32,000 nt of DNA from Candidatus Hadarchaeota archaeon (GTDB taxonomy: Archaea; Hadarchaeota; Hadarchaeia; Hadarchaeales; Hadarchaeaceae), in the NCBI GenBank assembly GCA_964514965.1, contig CAZETV010000001.1:30001-62000 (forward strand), in the 5' to 3' direction. Positions 28,101 through 32,000 of the stretch are shown one piece after another. The position numbers and the translations under genes are program-made. The first letter of the stretch is position 1; each line of letters begins with the position of its first letter. The notes under the pieces are model-generated. The model did no database searches. It worked only from the letters and a program-made list of their open reading frames with translations, and was not told where the DNA came from.

Positions 28101-28444
28101 AGCGCTTTTTTCGTAGCTTCTTCTTTTTCTTCATGAACCCAAGAGCATTGCTCTCTTATATTCACCATCTCGAAGCAGTAAGGATTCAGCCCCGCTTCTT
28201 CGACAGCGCTGCGAAAAGTAGGCTCATGCATCCTGGGCGAACAAGATGCTACTACTATTCTGTCTAACTTCTCCCTGCGGATATCATCTTTGATTAATTG
28301 CTGGCCGGGTTCTGAGCACATGTATTCGTAGTGTTTGGAGACCTTCACTCTTGGATGCTTTCCTATGGTATCCGCGACTTTTTCGACATCCACTGTCTTC
28401 GCAATGTTGGTTCCGCAATGACAGATATAGACGCCGATTTTCAT
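25097..28444 (-). CDS. hdrA: HdrA with an inserted GltD/NfnB-like NAD(P)H-dependent glutamate synthase small-subunit-like module (1115 aa)
   Basis: HdrA N-part [20 protein letters not shown]...[14 protein letters not shown]...[19 protein letters not shown]...[15 protein letters not shown]. From residue about 289, the GltD-type module reads [16 protein letters not shown]...[16 protein letters not shown]...[28 protein letters not shown]...[18 protein letters not shown]...[35 protein letters not shown]. HdrA C-part [12 protein letters not shown]..., then 2x[4Fe-4S] ferredoxin. Confidence 0.95.
   Translation of the reverse strand: [1115 protein letters not shown]
25605..26029 (-). repeat. Direct repeat copy 1: 425 bp shared with 28925..29349 (constant offset 3320, one mismatch at 25631)
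   Basis: Base-by-base visual comparison of the two regions. Confidence 0.93.
26200..27580 (-). other. GltD/NfnB-like domain inserted within HdrA (about 460 aa)
   Basis: Residues about 289-748 of the 1115-aa protein have no counterpart in the adjacent 652-aa HdrA; boundaries approximate. Confidence 0.85.
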
Positions 28445-30399
28445 GATATCAGACCTGCCAATTGAGCGAAGAGTTGAACGTCCGTGTAATGTTTCATAGA
28501 GATAGCCTTAGACGGACAAGCGGCTACACAAACCCCGCAACCCTTGCAAAGCACTTCGTTGAGTTTTACTGAGCGTTTTTCGCTGTTATATTCAAAGGCA
28601 TTAAACTCACAAAGGTGTTCACACACTCTGCAACCGCTACATAGATCCTCATCCACAATTGCTACTATCGGCTCTATCGCGACTTTTCCAGCTGCCAGGG
28701 GTATAGATGCTTTAGCACCTGCACCGCTTGCTTGTGCTACTGTGTCGGGGATGTCTTTGGGCGATTGGGCGCAGCCGGCAAGGAAGATCCCGTCGCTAAA
28801 GGTATCGACAGGCCTAAGCTTTGGGTGGGCCTCGAGGAAGAAGCCATCCGAACCGCGGGTAATGTTCAAAATTCTGGCGAGTTCTAAGACTCCGGAGTTT
28901 GGAACTATTGCATTCGCCAGCACAACGAGGTCTACTTCTTCGGGCTCGTGGGGCTTTGCTTCCACAACGAGTTTGTCATTTTTTTTGCTGACCCTTATCT
29001 CGTCGTCCAGCTCCCTGCGCTTGTACTTCACTCCTTCGTCCTTGACCCGGTCGTAGAACTCCTCGTACCCTTTACCAAAAGCCCTGACATCTGTGTAGTA
29101 TACAGTCACTTCAGCATCCGGAATTTTTTCCTTAATGAGGTGAGCATGCTTGGCCGTGTACATGCAGCATACGCGCGAGCAATATGAGTTCGTCTCTTTT
29201 TTCCTGCTTCCAACACAGGAGATGAATGCTACTCGCTTCGGCTCCTTACCGTTTATTTCAATTTTTCCGTTGGTCGGGCCGGAAGCCGAACTAAGCCTCT
29301 CGAACTCAAGCCCAGTTATCACCTCTGGATATTTCCCGTAACCATACTCAGGCAACTGAGATGGATCAAACAAGTCAAAGCCTGTGGCGACCACTATCGA
29401 GCCTACTTCAAGTTCAATCGAATTTTCTTGTTGTTCAAAATCGATAGCGTTGCGGGAACACGCAGCTTTGCAAGCGGGGCTTTTCCCACATACCCCTCTC
29501 GTAAGGTATAGGCAATGCTTAGGGTCTATCAAGTATTTCATAGGCACGGCCTGCGGAAATGGTATGTATGCTGCTCCTCTCTTCCCTAAACCCAAATCGA
29601 ATTCATTTGGAAGCTTCCCATTCAGTAAGCAAGCTTTGGCGCATTCTCCGCAACCGATGCACTTTTCCTCATCGACATACCTCGGTTTTTTCTTAACCTT
29701 TACCTTGAAATTTCCGATGTAGCCTTCAATTCGTTCGACCTCCGAATAACTCAAGAGTTCTATATTTGGCTGTCTGTTCACGTCCACCATCTTGGGGGTT
29801 AAAATGCACGCAGAACAATCTAAGGTTGGAAAGGTTTTGTCGAGTTGAGCCATTTTTCCTCCGATGGATGGTGAGCGCTCCACGAGGTACGTGTATATTC
29901 CATTTTCTGCTATCTCCAACGCCGCTTGAATCCCGGCAATTCCTCCTCCAATCACCAAAGCTTTCGGTATTACATCTACTTCTCTCCTCTCTAGCGGCTG
30001 AAGTTCGGTAGCTCGTGCCACAGCGCCTGCAATCAATTTCTTGGCCTTTTCAGTGGCTCTTTCTTTATCTTCATGAACCCAAGAGCACTGTTCTCTTATA
30101 TTTGCCATCTCGAAGCAGTAGGGGTTGAGGTTCTTGTGTTCTACGACCTTTCTAAAAGTGGGTTCGTGCATTCTTGGAGAACAGCTCGCCACGACTACAC
30201 GATCAAGTCCGGCTTCGTCTATATCCTTCTTGATTAATTCTTGTCCTGGGTCAGAGCACATGTACTTATAGTCCCTAGCAATCACCACGTTTGGCAAAGA
30301 CTTGGCATATTTCACCACTTCTTCAACATCAACGGTAGCCGCTATATTTAAGCCGCAATGGCAAATGTACACGCCCGTTTTCACTTCCTTATCCCCCAT
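28441..30399 (-). CDS. hdrA: HdrA (standard-length, 652 aa)
   Basis: [21 protein letters not shown]...[19 protein letters not shown]...[61 protein letters not shown]...[11 protein letters not shown]...[12 protein letters not shown]...C-terminal ferredoxin [11 protein letters not shown] / [16 protein letters not shown]. Confidence 0.95.
   Translation of the reverse strand: [652 protein letters not shown]
28925..29349 (-). repeat. Direct repeat copy 2 of the hdrA-internal 425-bp segment
   Basis: Base-by-base visual comparison with 25605..26029. Confidence 0.93.
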
Positions 30400-30497
30400 G
30401 AAATCACGCCAGCAGTGAATTTGGCCTAGGTTTAATCTTTTTATCTATTACCATCATGGTTTAAAAGTCGTCCTGACTAAAAGGTTGAGGTGGCCGG
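30400..30497. promoter_or_regulatory. 98-bp divergent intergenic region between the hdrA and [NiFe] small-subunit genes with AT-rich TATA-like stretches on both strands
   Basis: Plus: GGTTTAAAAG near 30458-30467. Minus: AAAAAGATTAAACC (reverse complement of GGTTTAATCTTTTT, about 30429-30442). Confidence 0.45.
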
Positions 30498-31490
30498 TTG
30501 AGAAAAATGAAGAGTGAAGAACCAAAAAAGTTGAAATTTGCTTTCTACTGGGCTGGCAGTTGTGGGGGCTGTGAGATTGCTGTTCTAGATATAAACGAGA
30601 AGATTCTGGATGTGGTTGCCATTGCTGAGGTAATCTTTTGGCCTGTCGCCATGGATATCAAGTATAAAGACGTAGACGCGATGCCGGACAAGAGCATAGA
30701 CGTCTGTTTCTTTAATGGTTCGGTCAGGACAGAGGAGCAAGAACACATGGCCAAACTTCTGAGGCGGAAGTCAAAGTTTTTGATAGCATTTGGCACCTGT
30801 GCTCAGCTAGGTGGCATTCCAGGTCTTGCGAACATTTCGAATAAAAAAGAGATTTTCGAGAAGGTATACGTTCAAACTCCATCGACAAAAAATTCTAAAG
30901 CTGCGATACCTAAAACTGCTGTTAAAGTCGAATGCGGGGAACTAACTCTGCCAGAGTTTTATGATACTGTGAAGACACTAGATCAAACCGTGGAAGTGGA
31001 CTACTATATCCCAGGTTGTCCTCCGCACCCAAACTTGATATTGAAAGCCGTGGAAGCCATAGCCAAAAATGAGTTACCCGCTAAAGGTTCGGTATTGGCC
31101 CCCGAGAAGTCGGTTTGCGATGAATGTCAGAGGGAAAAGAAAGAAAAGGTTATCTCCAGATTATACAGGATGCACGAAATCAAACCAGATCCGGAGAAAT
31201 GTTTTTTGGAGCAGGGGGTGGTGTGCATTGGGCCCGCAACCCGTGGTGGATGCGAGGCGCGGTGTATCAATGCGAATATGCCTTGTACGGGGTGCGGTGG
31301 TCCATGCCCCAATGAAATCGAGCAAGGGGCGTCCATGATAAGTGCCATTTCTTCGATTCTCGGGTTGGATGAGGAAAAAGGAGAAACATATGACGCTGAA
31401 AAATTAATCAACCAAATAAAAGACCCCTTGGGGACTTTTTACCGGTACTCCCTGCCAGCTGCTCTCATCCGAAGGAGGGTTCAGAAATGA
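30498..31490 (+). CDS. hydD: [NiFe] hydrogenase small subunit, group 3 type (MvhG/HydD-like); TTG start 30498 or ATG 30507
   Basis: KLKFAFYWAGSCGGCEIAVLDINEKILDV...FGTCAQLGGIPGLAN...DYYIPGCPPHPNLILKAVEAI...GVVCIGPATRGGCEARCINANMPCTGCGGP. Confidence 0.94.
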   Translation: MRKMKSEEPKKLKFAFYWAGSCGGCEIAVLDINEKILDVVAIAEVIFWPVAMDIKYKDVDAMPDKSIDVCFFNGSVRTEEQEHMAKLLRRKSKFLIAFGTCAQLGGIPGLANISNKKEIFEKVYVQTPSTKNSKAAIPKTAVKVECGELTLPEFYDTVKTLDQTVEVDYYIPGCPPHPNLILKAVEAIAKNELPAKGSVLAPEKSVCDECQREKKEKVISRLYRMHEIKPDPEKCFLEQGVVCIGPATRGGCEARCINANMPCTGCGGPCPNEIEQGASMISAISSILGLDEEKGETYDAEKLINQIKDPLGTFYRYSLPAALIRRRVQK

Positions 31491-32000
31491 GCGAATTTAA
31501 GGAGATAAGCATAGAGCCCGTCACGAGGCTTGAGGGTCACGCAAAGATAGTGATATTTCAAGATGAGAAAGGGGAAGTGAAAAACGCCTATTTACAACTC
31601 CCTGAACTCAGGGGCTTTGAGAGATTCTGTGAGGGGAGAAAAGCTGAAGACCTCCCACAGCTGCTCTCGAGAATTTGCGGAGTATGTCCCGTTGCCCATC
31701 ATCTCGCTTCCACGAAAGCTTTGGATGCGGCGTTTCGTGTGGACCCCCCTTCAGCTGCGAAAAAACTTCGGGAACTCATGTACAGCGGCTATTTCATGTA
31801 CGATCACATTCTTAATTTTTATTTCCTAGCTGCGCCGGACTTCGTCGTGGGGCCTGATGCTCCACCTCAAGAAAGAAACATTTTCGGCGTGATCAAGAAG
31901 GTCGGCTTAGACGTGGCCAAGGAAGTAATCAAGCATCGGGCTTACGGCCAAAAAATTACCGAGATAATAGGTGGAAAGGCAACCCATCCGGTTTGTGGAC
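31487..32000 (+). CDS. hydA: [NiFe] hydrogenase large subunit, group 3 type, truncated by window end
   Basis: ATGA overlap with the upstream gene. Own translation: MSEFKEISIEPVTRLEGHAKIVIFQDEKGEVKNAYLQLPELRGFERFCEGRKAEDLPQLLSRICGVCPVAHHLASTKALDAAF...; L1 motif RICGVCPVAHH. Confidence 0.95.
   Translation, partial: MSEFKEISIEPVTRLEGHAKIVIFQDEKGEVKNAYLQLPELRGFERFCEGRKAEDLPQLLSRICGVCPVAHHLASTKALDAAFRVDPPSAAKKLRELMYSGYFMYDHILNFYFLAAPDFVVGPDAPPQERNIFGVIKKVGLDVAKEVIKHRAYGQKITEIIGGKATHPVCG

Noticed and set aside
25628-29187. Identical 79-aa ORFs at 25628..25867 and 28948..29187 (and 63-aa ORFs at 25830 and 29150)
   Set aside because: They are antisense readings of the duplicated hdrA core; reported as a DNA repeat rather than as genes.
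1-32000. CRISPR array, transposase, toxin-antitoxin or phage-defence genes
   Set aside because: No regularly spaced 25-40 bp repeats, no transposase-like ORF and no recognisable defence protein seen by eye in either strand.

Overview
The window looks like archaeal chromosomal DNA: aRF1, a divergent UMP kinase, GTP cyclohydrolase III, Thi4, intron-containing tRNAs and ATG/GTG/TTG starts. The left two-thirds is mainly housekeeping: a truncated radical-SAM tRNA methylthiotransferase, GTP cyclohydrolase III, MetRS with a PHP protein, a DJ-1/PfpI protein, a SAH/MTA-type deaminase beside an AhcY-family protein, aRF1, UMP kinase, ValRS, an MBL-fold hydrolase, three tRNAs (Ala-CGC and Ile-GAT each with a 15-nt intron, plus Cys-GCA), LarE, Thi4 and MoaE. 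Positions 2.4-4.2 kb hold secreted-protein debris with frameshifts, including a subtilase propeptide without its protease, next to a ribbon-helix-helix gene preceded by short repeats. The most notable locus is at 21.9-32.0 kb. There, a divergent redox cluster encodes HydG/FlxA-like and HydB-like subunits, an FrhB/FlxC-like Fe-S protein, MvhD/FlpD, an HdrA with a whole GltD/NfnB-like module inserted in it, a second HdrA, and group-3-like [NiFe] hydrogenase small and large subunits (the large one truncated by the window end). No HdrB or HdrC is visible. The two hdrA genes share a segment of about 425 bp with a single mismatch, suggesting recent gene conversion or duplication. All assignments come from reading motifs; no database search was run.
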